The translations under genes and the position numbers were made by a program. A model generated the notes under the pieces. It had not been told where the DNA came from. It did not search any database and worked only from the letters and a program-made list of their open reading frames with translations. A stretch of 64,000 nt of DNA from Nitrospinaceae bacterium (lineage in GTDB: Bacteria > Nitrospinota_A > UBA7883 > JAJDBK01): assembly GCA_029261405.1 (NCBI GenBank), contig JAJDBK010000063.1, positions 29,086 through 93,085 on the forward strand, given 5' to 3'. Within the stretch, counting starts at the first letter, position 1. Each line of letters opens with the position of its first letter. Shown piece by piece: positions 52,268 to 63,081 of the stretch.

Positions 52268-54625
52268 TTACAGGGAGGATGGCTCCCCTTCTTTTATCAT
52301 CGATTCAAGGATTGTGAGGTTGTTGAGCACGAGTTTGGCGCTCGGATGGTTCTCCCCGTGGCGCTTCCTGTAGATATCGAGGGCGCTGGATGCGCACTCC
52401 CTTGCGCCTTCAAGGTCGCCCTGCGCTTTAAGGACAGAACCGAGATTGTTCAGGCGAACAGCCACCTTGGGATGGTCTTTTCCAAAAACCTTCCGGTCTA
52501 TTTCAAGAGCCCGTCTGTATTCGACTCTGGCGCCGTCAAGATCGCCCTGGGCTTTTAGCACAAAAGCGAGATTATTGAGCCGAATGGCTATCTTCGGATG
52601 TTCCGCACCGTAAACTCCGGTATCTATAGCTAAAGCGCGAGTGTAATTTTTTTTCGCGCCGTCAAGATCCCCCTCCGCCTTAAGTATGGAGCCAAGATTG
52701 TTCAGGCGAATGGCGACTAAAGCGTGGTTCTCCCCATAAACCCTCCTGTCCACCTGCAAGGCGAGTTGGTAATTTTTTTTCGCGCCGTCAAGATCCCCCG
52801 TAGCCTGAAGTGTCAGGCCCAGATTGTTAAGAAGAATAGCAATCAGAGGGCTTTCTTCATTAAACAAGCTGGTGACTATCTTAAGAGCGCGCCTGAAGTA
52901 TATTTCCGCCCCATGGTGATCCCCCTCCGAGAGCAGAAGTGAACCGAGACTGTTAAGACAGTTGGCGACATTTTCATGATCTCGCCCATACTCCGACTCC
53001 GCTACGGCAAGCGCCTTTGTAAGCAGGTGTTTCGCCTCTCCAACCTCTCCGCGTGTCAACATGAAGCGGGCGGCCCGGTTAAAGAGAATCCACGCCTTAT
53101 CGTAAGATACGTTAAGCCGCTTGGCATGGGTCGCCACCGATATTACATGGGGCAATAGAGATGCGTAGATGGGACGGGCTGTGAAATTGTTCTGATTGTA
53201 GGTGAAAACCTTTTCCATCATCAAAACGGCGTTTTTGGCGTATTTGACCCGGCTCTTTTTCATCCAGTCGAGCGTCACTGTCTGCACCATCGGATGCACG
53301 GAAAAACGTCTCTCCTCCTCCGTGGCGCATACATGGATGAGCGCGAGCCGGGTAAGAGGCTCGATGGCCCCGCCGAACCTGCTACCGTCCCTTATGGCCG
53401 CCGCAAGTTTTTTTGGCATAAGGTCCGCGCAGATCGTCAGCATCCACTCCGGAATGTTCTCCGAATGGAAGAATGCAAAGAGGTTCATGATATCGGCGAC
53501 CACATCTGATTCTTTCTGAGCCCGCTTGAAGGAAGTGAGCCAGACGGTTGCGATGGTTTTCCTGAAATCGCCAGGCTCATCGTGTTCCATGATTTTAATC
53601 CAGTTGCCCCGATAAAGCTCCAGGTAGGTGTCAAAACCGGTTCCCTCACAGGAGATGTATACACCAGCAAGCTCCAGCGCCAGAGGTAAGCCGGAAAGCT
53701 CACCCGCGAGTAGCCTTGCGATCTTCTCATCACCCATACGTCCTGTTCTTGCCACCAGATATTCCACAGACTCATCCAGAGTAAGAGGCTCCACCGAGAC
53801 CCGGGTGGCTTTGGTGGCGAAAGCCGGGTTCCTCGAAGTTATGATTACGGCGCCCTTTTCGACCGGTGGGAGGTAACCTGCGAGATCCTCAGGTTTTTCG
53901 GCGTTATCAAAAACCAGCAACCAGTCGCCATGCTCGCTGAGCCATTGCAGGACCGCTCTGGTTATCTCCTTTGACTTAAGCCCTCCAACACCCGCTATTC
54001 CAATCTCTTCGGCAAGCCCCTTGAAACCTTCATCCAACTGCGATTCGGTCTCCGACTCGATCCACCAGATGATCGAATAGTCGCCACTGTTTGCATAGAC
54101 GTACTCTACCGCCAGTCCTGTTTTTCCCATGCCTCCGGCTGGCTGTATCAGAGCCACCCGCTCCCCCTCCGCAAGTTTTGCGGAGAGTTTTTGAATCACG
54201 GTTTTGCGACCAGTGAAAAAGAGATTCCTGGTATGGGGAATGTTGTGGACTGTTTTGGGTAGCGCTTTTACGCCGCCATTGCATAGTTCCTTGAACGCGA
54301 ACGCCTCGGCGGACGATTTCCACTCCATAAGCTGGTTTGCCGTAAGGGTTTTGTCATGATCCACGCATTTTGAGCAGAGCCATACGAAGTTTTCGACATT
54401 CTTATTATCGTTTCCGTCGGGGGAAATCCGGACCGGCGTACCGGCAACCAGTGATTTGTATTTAAAGGTATCGGGGCCGGGTGTATATGAGCGGCAATCG
54501 GGATTGGAACATCTGTAATTTACCCTCTCGGCCAATATTCCCGCATCGACGTCCGAAAGGTTTTCCCTTGTTTCATTCATCATAGGTTTACGACAGATCA
54601 AAATTGAATGTGAAAATTTCCCCAA
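52268..54625 (-). CDS. STAND NTPase: N-terminal Cys-rich HNH-like zinc-finger domain + NB-ARC ATPase + C-terminal TPR repeats (NLR/Avs-like)
   Basis: P-loop GGMGKTGLA; Walker B LLVFDNAE; NB-ARC hallmark GLPLALELAG; seven or more TPR_10/12-type repeats (..NNLG.VL.A.GDL.GA...Y..AL.I...) in the C-terminal 300 aa; N-terminal CSNPDC...ISPDGNDNKNVENFVWLCSKCVDH (CxxxxC...N...LCxxC-H) resembles the HNH second half. Confidence 0.7.
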   Translation of the reverse strand: MGKFSHSILICRKPMMNETRENLSDVDAGILAERVNYRCSNPDCRSYTPGPDTFKYKSLVAGTPVRISPDGNDNKNVENFVWLCSKCVDHDKTLTANQLMEWKSSAEAFAFKELCNGGVKALPKTVHNIPHTRNLFFTGRKTVIQKLSAKLAEGERVALIQPAGGMGKTGLAVEYVYANSGDYSIIWWIESETESQLDEGFKGLAEEIGIAGVGGLKSKEITRAVLQWLSEHGDWLLVFDNAEKPEDLAGYLPPVEKGAVIITSRNPAFATKATRVSVEPLTLDESVEYLVARTGRMGDEKIARLLAGELSGLPLALELAGVYISCEGTGFDTYLELYRGNWIKIMEHDEPGDFRKTIATVWLTSFKRAQKESDVVADIMNLFAFFHSENIPEWMLTICADLMPKKLAAAIRDGSRFGGAIEPLTRLALIHVCATEEERRFSVHPMVQTVTLDWMKKSRVKYAKNAVLMMEKVFTYNQNNFTARPIYASLLPHVISVATHAKRLNVSYDKAWILFNRAARFMLTRGEVGEAKHLLTKALAVAESEYGRDHENVANCLNSLGSLLLSEGDHHGAEIYFRRALKIVTSLFNEESPLIAILLNNLGLTLQATGDLDGAKKNYQLALQVDRRVYGENHALVAIRLNNLGSILKAEGDLDGAKKNYTRALAIDTGVYGAEHPKIAIRLNNLAFVLKAQGDLDGARVEYRRALEIDRKVFGKDHPKVAVRLNNLGSVLKAQGDLEGARECASSALDIYRKRHGENHPSAKLVLNNLTILESMIKEGEPSSL

Positions 54626-54675
54626 CTAAACTTATACCATTGCACAGGCTTATCCGGCAAACAGAATCATATCTA

Positions 54676-56861
<2,186 letters not shown>

Positions 56862-56915
56862 TCAGCCATTGTATCGGCAGTGGCGAATGAGGACCGAAAA
56901 ATATTTGGAGAAAAA

Positions 56916-57311
56916 ATGTCTAAAGAGGATATCGAAGAGGGATTATCGCTGGTCGTTAATTTTGCAAAAAGAGGCGGATTGGTCCCCACCATGGTTCAGG
57001 AGGATGAAACCGGTGAAAACCTGATGCTGGCGTATGTAAATAAAGAAGCTCTTGATGAGACCATCCGTTCTGGCATGGCAACGTTCTGGTCCACCTCAAG
57101 AAACTGCCTTTGGAAAAAAGGGGAAACCTCAGGCGACTACCTGAAAATCATCGATATCCTCACCGACTGCGATCAGGACGCGCTGGTCTACAAGGTGAAA
57201 CTGATGGGGAAAGGCGCATGCCACACAACCGATAAAACCACAGGTGCATCCAGAAAAAGCTGTTTCTACAGAAAACTGGACAAAACCGGAAGCTCTCTAA
57301 CCAAAATGTAG
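56916..57311 (+). CDS. hisI: Phosphoribosyl-AMP cyclohydrolase
   Basis: LVPTMVQEDETGENLMLAYVNKEAL...WSTSRNCLWKKGETSG...DCDQDAL matches HisI; GGAG RBS at 56907-56910; the ORF-track start of 56490 is antisense overlap with tgt. Confidence 0.8.
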   Translation: MSKEDIEEGLSLVVNFAKRGGLVPTMVQEDETGENLMLAYVNKEALDETIRSGMATFWSTSRNCLWKKGETSGDYLKIIDILTDCDQDALVYKVKLMGKGACHTTDKTTGASRKSCFYRKLDKTGSSLTKM

Positions 57312-57354
57312 TGGCATACACTTCCTTTCGGGGTGCGTTGGCGCACTCCCCCAC

Positions 57355-57515
57355 CAGAAGGCCGTCCCATCGGGGCCACCTGAACAAACGTAATCAGATT
57401 ATCGGATATCCTGGCGTGTGTGACTTTGGGTGCGCCCTAAAGTAAGGACCCTCACCACTCGAAGGCCGCCCCATCGGGGCCGCCTGAACAAACGTAATCA
57501 GATTATCGATTCCTA
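57355..57515. repeat. Tandem direct repeat, 2 copies of ~105 bp, each with a GC-rich hairpin (GGCCGYCCC-ATC-GGGGCCRCC)
   Basis: GAAGGCCGTCCCATCGGGGCCACCTGAACAAACGTAATCAGATTATCGGA at ~57357 is repeated almost exactly at ~57462; lies between the convergent hisI and Panacea genes. Confidence 0.7.
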
Positions 57516-57545
57516 GCGAAGCGACTTTGGCCGTGGCCCAGCCAC

Positions 57546-57986
57546 TTAGAGGTATTCGAGGTAGGCTTTTTTTATTTCTTCTTTTTCCATGGTTTCGTCT
57601 CCGCCACCTTCGGCTTCGACCTTCTCCCGAACCGCTTTCCACGCCTCGTCCATGGCGGCTTCTTCAATCTCGTCGTCGGGCATTCGGGAGTAGTTTTCCC
57701 ACAATCCGTTCAGAAACTCTTCTACTTTGATGGTCAGGAACGGTTTTTTCTTGGCCGGGATGGTCTCCCATACACGTCCATATTTTTGGTATATCTTCCA
57801 AAGTGAAGGAAGGGTGGGGCCGTGGTTCCACGCCTCGAAATCCTCGTCGAAAAGGGCTTCTCCGGTATTGGCGAGCATCCACGCCTGGGCGAAATAGACC
57901 AGCCGCTGAAGCTTTACGTGAGTAACCCCGCCTTCGGAGATGAAAAGAAAATAATCGGCGACATCCTCTGGAGCGACTTTTGCCAT
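57546..57986 (-). CDS. Panacea domain (DUF4065, SocA/GepA-like) protein, putative antitoxin, orphan
   Basis: VADYFL...KLQRLVYFAQAWMLANTGEALFDEDFEAWNHGPTLPSLW matches the DUF4065/Panacea core; no adjacent toxin ORF recognised. Confidence 0.6.
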   Translation of the reverse strand: MAKVAPEDVADYFLFISEGGVTHVKLQRLVYFAQAWMLANTGEALFDEDFEAWNHGPTLPSLWKIYQKYGRVWETIPAKKKPFLTIKVEEFLNGLWENYSRMPDDEIEEAAMDEAWKAVREKVEAEGGGDETMEKEEIKKAYLEYL

Positions 57987-58114
57987 GCTATCCCGTATTA
58001 GATTAATACCGTCATTATATCATCCATTCGGGTAAAAAAACACCTTTCCAGCCGGTTTGCGGGTAACGTATAGTTCTGTTAGAAAAAGAAACCATCAACT
58101 GAAACTGTAATCTG

Positions 58115-58912
58115 ATGTCAAACTTCTCACGGTTTAAAAACAGGCTGTTAGCCAAAGCTCTCACCCGGTTCCCTATCCTCGCCCGTATGATGGCGGCCAA
58201 GGTTAAACCACTCGAGTTTGACACAATACCCTGGGCGCCTTTACGAGGCCCACTCAAAGAAATGAAAGTGGCGCTGATAACCACAGCCGGTGTTCATCTT
58301 GTCGATGATAAACCTTTCGACATGAACGACAAAACAGGTGACCCGACGTTCCGGGTCGTGCCATCCTCCACACCTGCGGAGAACCTCGCAATTACCCACG
58401 ACTACTACAACCATAAAGACGCCGATACGGATATAAACATCGTTTTTCCCATTCACAGACTTGCAGAGTTCGCCAGCGAAGGACGAATCGGGGCCGTGGC
58501 GGAACGGCATTTCGGGTTTATGGGACATATCGAGGAGAACCACCTCGACCAATTCATTAATGAACAGATTCCGGCGGTAACCGCCATGCTGAAAGAAGAT
58601 GGGGTCGATGTAGTCCTCATCACACCTGGATGAGGATTGTGCAATCGGTCCGGTGGACTGATCCAGCGAGTTCTTGAAGCGGAAGGCATAAGTAGTGTCG
58701 GCGTTTCGATTGAACGGAAATTTACGGAAGAGATAAAACCTCCCAGGTCGATCTACTTAAAATGGCCCTATGGACATCCTCTCGGAGAGCCGGGAAACGT
58801 GAAACAACAAAGAGCGGTCATGAACAAAGCCTTTGAACTGCTCGAAACCGCCACCCAGCCCGGAGTCATCGATGATATCCCGTTCAGGTGGAGAAGAGAG
58901 AAATATGACTGA
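58115..58912 (+). CDS. GrdB/PrdB-family (glycine/sarcosine/betaine/D-proline reductase B-like) selenoprotein; in-frame UGA (Sec) at 58631..58633
   Basis: ORFs 58115..58633 and 58637..58912 are in the same frame, separated only by TGA. The junction reads ITPG-U-GLCNRSGG (U-x-x-C redox motif). The N-terminal part has the PrdB/GrdB-like pattern (..PL.E.KVALITTAGVH...FPI.RL.E...EG.IG.....FGFMG). Confidence 0.6.
58644..58662 (+). promoter_or_regulatory. SECIS-like hairpin 10 nt downstream of the in-frame UGA
   Basis: AUCGGUCC-GGU-GGACUGAU: 8 bp stem (one G-U pair) with a G/U-containing apical loop, at the spacing expected for a bacterial SECIS. Confidence 0.45.
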
Positions 58913-58956
58913 CAGGATGTGGTAACATTGGATTTTTTCGAGATTACGCTCAAAAT

Positions 58957-59499
58957 ATGAAACGATTATCGCCTCTTTTGGTCATGCTTGCGCTGGCTCT
59001 GGCTATGACAGCTTGCTCTACCGGCAAGTCGATGGAAAAAACGGCTCCGTCAAAAAGCTCACCACTGCGCCAGGAGGGAAGCCGAAAAGTAAGCTACCAG
59101 ACACACACCCTCATATTTAACGGATCCACAGGGGCGGAAGTAAGCGAACGCGCGTACAGAACCGAAACCTCCATAGCGGTTCGGTCCACTGTGCAAAGCT
59201 ACCGGCTCGAAAACTATGTCAACAACCTTCCCAAACCAGACACGGTAGTCTTGCTGGCTATATCTGGCAAAACCGCAGGGCTGTCGATCCTGGGTCCAGC
59301 CGGTATTCCCCTGGCGGAATACAGCAATGGCAAGGTCGTCGGGAACACTCTCCTGTTCGAACAATCTGGCGAAACCGGCAAACTGAGAATCAGATGGATG
59401 ATGGGAATATCGGGGATGGCAAGCTTCGTGGAAAGCCTTAACCCACGCGGAGAAATCCTCTACTCGGAAATCACCACCTTCACACCCACCTCACACTAA
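58957..59499 (+). CDS. Hypothetical lipoprotein
   Basis: Signal peptide with lipobox AMTAC; 180 aa; no recognisable motif. Confidence 0.45.
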   Translation: MKRLSPLLVMLALALAMTACSTGKSMEKTAPSKSSPLRQEGSRKVSYQTHTLIFNGSTGAEVSERAYRTETSIAVRSTVQSYRLENYVNNLPKPDTVVLLAISGKTAGLSILGPAGIPLAEYSNGKVVGNTLLFEQSGETGKLRIRWMMGISGMASFVESLNPRGEILYSEITTFTPTSH

Positions 59500-59583
59500 G
59501 TAGTGCGACTACAGCGAGTGGCGCGACTACACCGATTATTATTGCGCCAGCCTAACGGGATGCTATAATCCCAGGTTCTGGAT

Positions 59584-59672
<89 letters not shown>

Positions 59673-59916
59673 CACCCTTACGGGTGCTTTGCGCGGGCGC
59701 GTGGTACCCAACCTGGCACAAGCTCCTTGCCACCCAAGTCATAGGGTCGGTATTCTTGATTTTCCGTCAAAGACCGGCAGAGTCGATTTGACCTGCACTT
59801 TTCCTGATGTGGCAATTTGGAACGCACCCCCGTACTGGACTGTTCGGATTACAACTTGATGGTCTGTCTGGAAAAAGATGTGCGTGTGGAGGAGATAGCC
59901 GAAACCCGAACACTTT

Positions 59917-60168
59917 TTAACTATTGTGTGACCAGAACTCTTTCGGATCGATTTCAAACCTTCGTAACAGGGCGGAGAGTGTCCCTTGTCGGACCTCCGT
60001 TTTTGCGCCGTGGTATTTAATGGGGTATATCGGGCCTTTCATTGAACCGGGAGATTCCGGCTTCAAAAGGATTCGCTCGGAACCTTTGCCCCGTTTTTTT
60101 GTGCACTCAACAACTCCGTAAGACTGGAGCCTTGTTAAAAGCTCTTTGTAGCTAAGGGACTTTCCCAA
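59917..60168 (-). CDS. hicA: HicA/YcfA-like toxin (type II TA), degenerate catalytic motif
   Basis: 83 aa; LLTRLQSYGVVECTKKRGKGSERILLKP fits the HicA dsRBD-like pattern, but GSHH is replaced by GSER; 4 nt downstream of the hicB-like gene. Confidence 0.5.
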   Translation of the reverse strand: MGKSLSYKELLTRLQSYGVVECTKKRGKGSERILLKPESPGSMKGPIYPIKYHGAKTEVRQGTLSALLRRFEIDPKEFWSHNS

Positions 60169-60171
60169 AGC

Positions 60172-60513
60172 TTAAACTACAGTGCAGGTGTTTGTAATAA
60201 CTTCCGATGGCACGAACACTTTTGGACCATTTTCTTGTGAGGACCGGCTTCCAATACGAAGAATTTCAGATGTGGTCCTCTCCGGGCATTCATAAAATTG
60301 CTTCCAAACTTCGGTGGGCGCTGATCGGTACAAATTATCGAGGTTATTGTTGCTGAACGCGAAATCGATCTGCGTGATAATCAATTCCCTGATGTCATCC
60401 ATGACACCTGTCTGAGTGTCAGACTCCGCCACTATGTCTAACTCAAGACAGTGGGCTACGAACGTATCACCGTCACGTTTAATGAAAATATTAAAAACCA
60501 TGGAGTTATCCAT
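60172..60513 (-). CDS. hicB: HicB-like antitoxin (UPF0150 family)
   Basis: MVFNIFIKRDGDTFVAHCLELDIVAESDTQTGVMDDIRELIITQI matches the HicB N-terminal RNase-H-like fold pattern. Confidence 0.55.
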   Translation of the reverse strand: MDNSMVFNIFIKRDGDTFVAHCLELDIVAESDTQTGVMDDIRELIITQIDFAFSNNNLDNLYRSAPTEVWKQFYECPERTTSEILRIGSRSSQENGPKVFVPSEVITNTCTVV

Positions 60514-60804
60514 TACGCCACCCTAAAGTAATCCTGCTGATATTGTACGTTCATTTGGCTTACCCCGGCAAGCGTTCCACGTAATCAAAATCAATGACTA
60601 CTTGTGGTTCACAGAATAGTCACAAGGCTATTTGCAGCTAAGTCATGAGCTTCAAAATGATTCATAGCCCTCGGTTATGTTTAGCAGTTGCGGGCAGAGC
60701 AAGGTTTCGGCGCGGTGGTGCTCTCTGAGAGGAATCGTCATTCGATTTATCGAATGTATTGTTATTGCGGTAGCATTGATAAACATAGCGAAAGGAGGTA
60801 TATT

Positions 60805-61860
60805 ATGAGGCAGGGAGGAGTGGAAATGGTCAATCAAGAGATATTGTCGATTATCCACCTTTGTCATGATCTAGACAACTCGGCGCATTTTATTTATTCA
60901 CAATTCGCCGAACGCGAAGAATTCCCGGAAAAAACGCGGCTCTTTTGGCGCAATGTCACCAATGACGAGAAGATGCATGTCAGGTTCTGGGAACAGGTGG
61001 AAGCGCTTGCAGAGAAAGGCGATCTTCCGCAACTATTCTCTGATCCTGAGGAGACTCTTCGTGACCTTGGAGATGTCGCCAACAAAGGCGCCCAATTGGA
61101 AGAGCGGGCATGCAATATTGAGTCTATAAGGGAAGCTCTGTTGATTGCCTATGCGATGGAAATCCACCTTCTTCATCCGGCTTTTGAAACATTCTTTCAC
61201 TTCTTCAACAAGTCAATGGGTGTCGATTCACCCGCTCAGGGTTACGATAAACATCTGCAAAAGTTTTTATCTGTCGCAGGTGAATGCTCATTCGCACCTT
61301 TGGAACTCAAGCTTTTTGAAGATATATTCAACCGTATCCTCAAGGTAAATCGTGAATTAGTGGTTACGAGCAACACAGATATGCTCACGGGAACTTACAA
61401 TCGTCGTGGCTTCTTTTCATTGATACATGTACTCGGAGAATCAGCCCGGCGCAGGAAGGAGGATGTCGGTATTCTGCTCATGGATATCGACCACTTTAAA
61501 CGAATAAACGACACTCACGGGCATCAGGCGGGCGATGTTGTGTTATCCGGTGTCGCCAAATGCATCCAGGAAACCGTTCGAGCCTCCGATGTTGTCGGGC
61601 GGTACGGTGGTGAGGAGTTCATAGTTTTTCTTCCAGATGTCCAGCCTGATACTCTTGAAGTGGTAGGAGAGAAGATTCGAGCCTCCATTATTCAAGACAG
61701 CCAGGAGATCTTGCCTATTACGATCAGCATAGGTGGCGCGAAACTACGACCTATGGAAGGCATGAAAGAAGAGTTGGAGAAGACCATCGCGAAGGCGGAC
61801 AAATTGTTGTACCGGGCTAAAGAATCAGGCAGAAACCGTGTGATAGTCCAGAACGATTAA
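60805..61860 (+). CDS. Diguanylate cyclase (GGDEF) with N-terminal His/Glu-rich helical putative metal-binding sensor domain
   Basis: AGGAGG RBS then ATG at 60805; RYGGEEF active site; DIDHFKRINDTHGH; N-terminal ~200 aa rich in spaced His/Glu (HLCHD, EKMH, EIHLLH, FFHFF), reminiscent of hemerythrin/ferritin-like bundles. Confidence 0.75.
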   Translation: MRQGGVEMVNQEILSIIHLCHDLDNSAHFIYSQFAEREEFPEKTRLFWRNVTNDEKMHVRFWEQVEALAEKGDLPQLFSDPEETLRDLGDVANKGAQLEERACNIESIREALLIAYAMEIHLLHPAFETFFHFFNKSMGVDSPAQGYDKHLQKFLSVAGECSFAPLELKLFEDIFNRILKVNRELVVTSNTDMLTGTYNRRGFFSLIHVLGESARRRKEDVGILLMDIDHFKRINDTHGHQAGDVVLSGVAKCIQETVRASDVVGRYGGEEFIVFLPDVQPDTLEVVGEKIRASIIQDSQEILPITISIGGAKLRPMEGMKEELEKTIAKADKLLYRAKESGRNRVIVQND

Positions 61861-61905
61861 ATCAGAAGGTTTTAACGTTATCGCTTACATTTATACTGGG
61901 AAAAA

Positions 61906-63081
61906 TCACTTCTTCGCAAGGTTGACAAGCAGGTTTGAGAGCGCTAGGGACATCCAGCCGTTGCACCATCTTAGTAGCGTGAATCGTTTGGTGAACAGGG
62001 CGGTCTGCTGGTAGTAGAAACGGCCTTTTGAGGTGTTGTACATGTTCGCCAGCGCCCAGTTTGCGATTTTTATGGCGAGGTCGCCGTAGTCGTCCATTCG
62101 GCGTGAGAAGGTCAGGATGCCCTGCGCGCTTCCGTGGATATCGTGCGGGTAGTCGGTGTCGCTCATCCAGCGGGGGGAGCCATCTTCGTTGAACAGGTTT
62201 TCCGCATAAAACTTCAGACCCTGTTCGTGACTCTCCCGGAACGAATAATCGTCCGCCGCTTCCATATATCTCCAGAGCGCGTCGAGGATAAAACCGGTAT
62301 GGTAATTATCGTGTCTGATCGGCGAGTCTTCCGGCGGGTCGGTATAAAACCACGCCCCTTCTTCGGTCTGCTGGTTCACCACATATGTCACTAGCCGTTT
62401 GGCGTCATCCCTATATTTCGTGTCGCCCGATAACATGCCGTAGCGGGCCAGAACGGCGCCTATCAGTACACTCACATCCATCACCCGCATTGTCATCGGA
62501 AGCGGCATGTATCCCATGCAGAGTTCATCGTTCTCGTTTTTCAGTTCCGTCAGGTCGTTCATGAAAAAACAGGTGGCGCTTTTTACGGTGTCGAGATATT
62601 CGCTTTTACCGGTAAGTTCGTATGCGGTCAGGAACGATTCGCAGACGAAACTTGTGACAACAGCGTTCGGAGTATTGGTTGGCGCGAAGAATCCGAGGTC
62701 TTGCCACGGATAGTGATAACCCCAGCACGAGCCGCTCCATTCGCCGGGGGAGCGTACACCCATCAGCAGACCGAGTAGTTCCGTGGCTTCGTCCATATAT
62801 TTTTTTATTCCGGTGGCCCGGTACCTGTTCATCAGCCCCATGGAGAAGAGGGCCAGCCCCTTCGGGTTGTAGACTTTCGGGGCCAGGAGCCACGGTCGCA
62901 TGTTTATCGGGAACCGCATCACCGACTGGATCGCAACAATCCTCGGCCATCTACCCCATCCGCAAAGGCCGCGCAGTATGGGGCTGTTGAGGCCGTCATG
63001 TTTGTTATAACCCTTGTACCCTTCCCGCCGGGAGTATTGGAAGACCTTGTCGAGTATAATTTCTATCTCTTCAGTTTTCAT
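61906..63081 (-). CDS. Hypothetical protein, possibly an (alpha/alpha)6-barrel glycoside-hydrolase/epimerase-like fold; upstream of asnB-like gene
   Basis: 391 aa; Trp/Tyr-rich with no clear catalytic motif; operonic with the asparagine synthase-like gene. Confidence 0.35.
   Translation of the reverse strand: MKTEEIEIILDKVFQYSRREGYKGYNKHDGLNSPILRGLCGWGRWPRIVAIQSVMRFPINMRPWLLAPKVYNPKGLALFSMGLMNRYRATGIKKYMDEATELLGLLMGVRSPGEWSGSCWGYHYPWQDLGFFAPTNTPNAVVTSFVCESFLTAYELTGKSEYLDTVKSATCFFMNDLTELKNENDELCMGYMPLPMTMRVMDVSVLIGAVLARYGMLSGDTKYRDDAKRLVTYVVNQQTEEGAWFYTDPPEDSPIRHDNYHTGFILDALWRYMEAADDYSFRESHEQGLKFYAENLFNEDGSPRWMSDTDYPHDIHGSAQGILTFSRRMDDYGDLAIKIANWALANMYNTSKGRFYYQQTALFTKRFTLLRWCNGWMSLALSNLLVNLAKK

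Noticed and set aside
58015-58284. 89-aa minus-strand ORF between the Panacea gene and the selenoprotein gene as a candidate partner toxin
   Set aside because: It overlaps the start of the selenoprotein gene, has no RBS, and has an Arg/Ser-rich low-complexity composition. It is probably spurious.
58631-58633. In-frame TGA interpreted as a pseudogene lesion or frameshift instead of selenocysteine
   Set aside because: Both halves are in the same frame with no other disruption. The codon falls in a U-x-x-C motif, and a SECIS-like hairpin follows at the right distance. The pseudogene reading is therefore less likely, although it is not formally excluded without homolog alignment.
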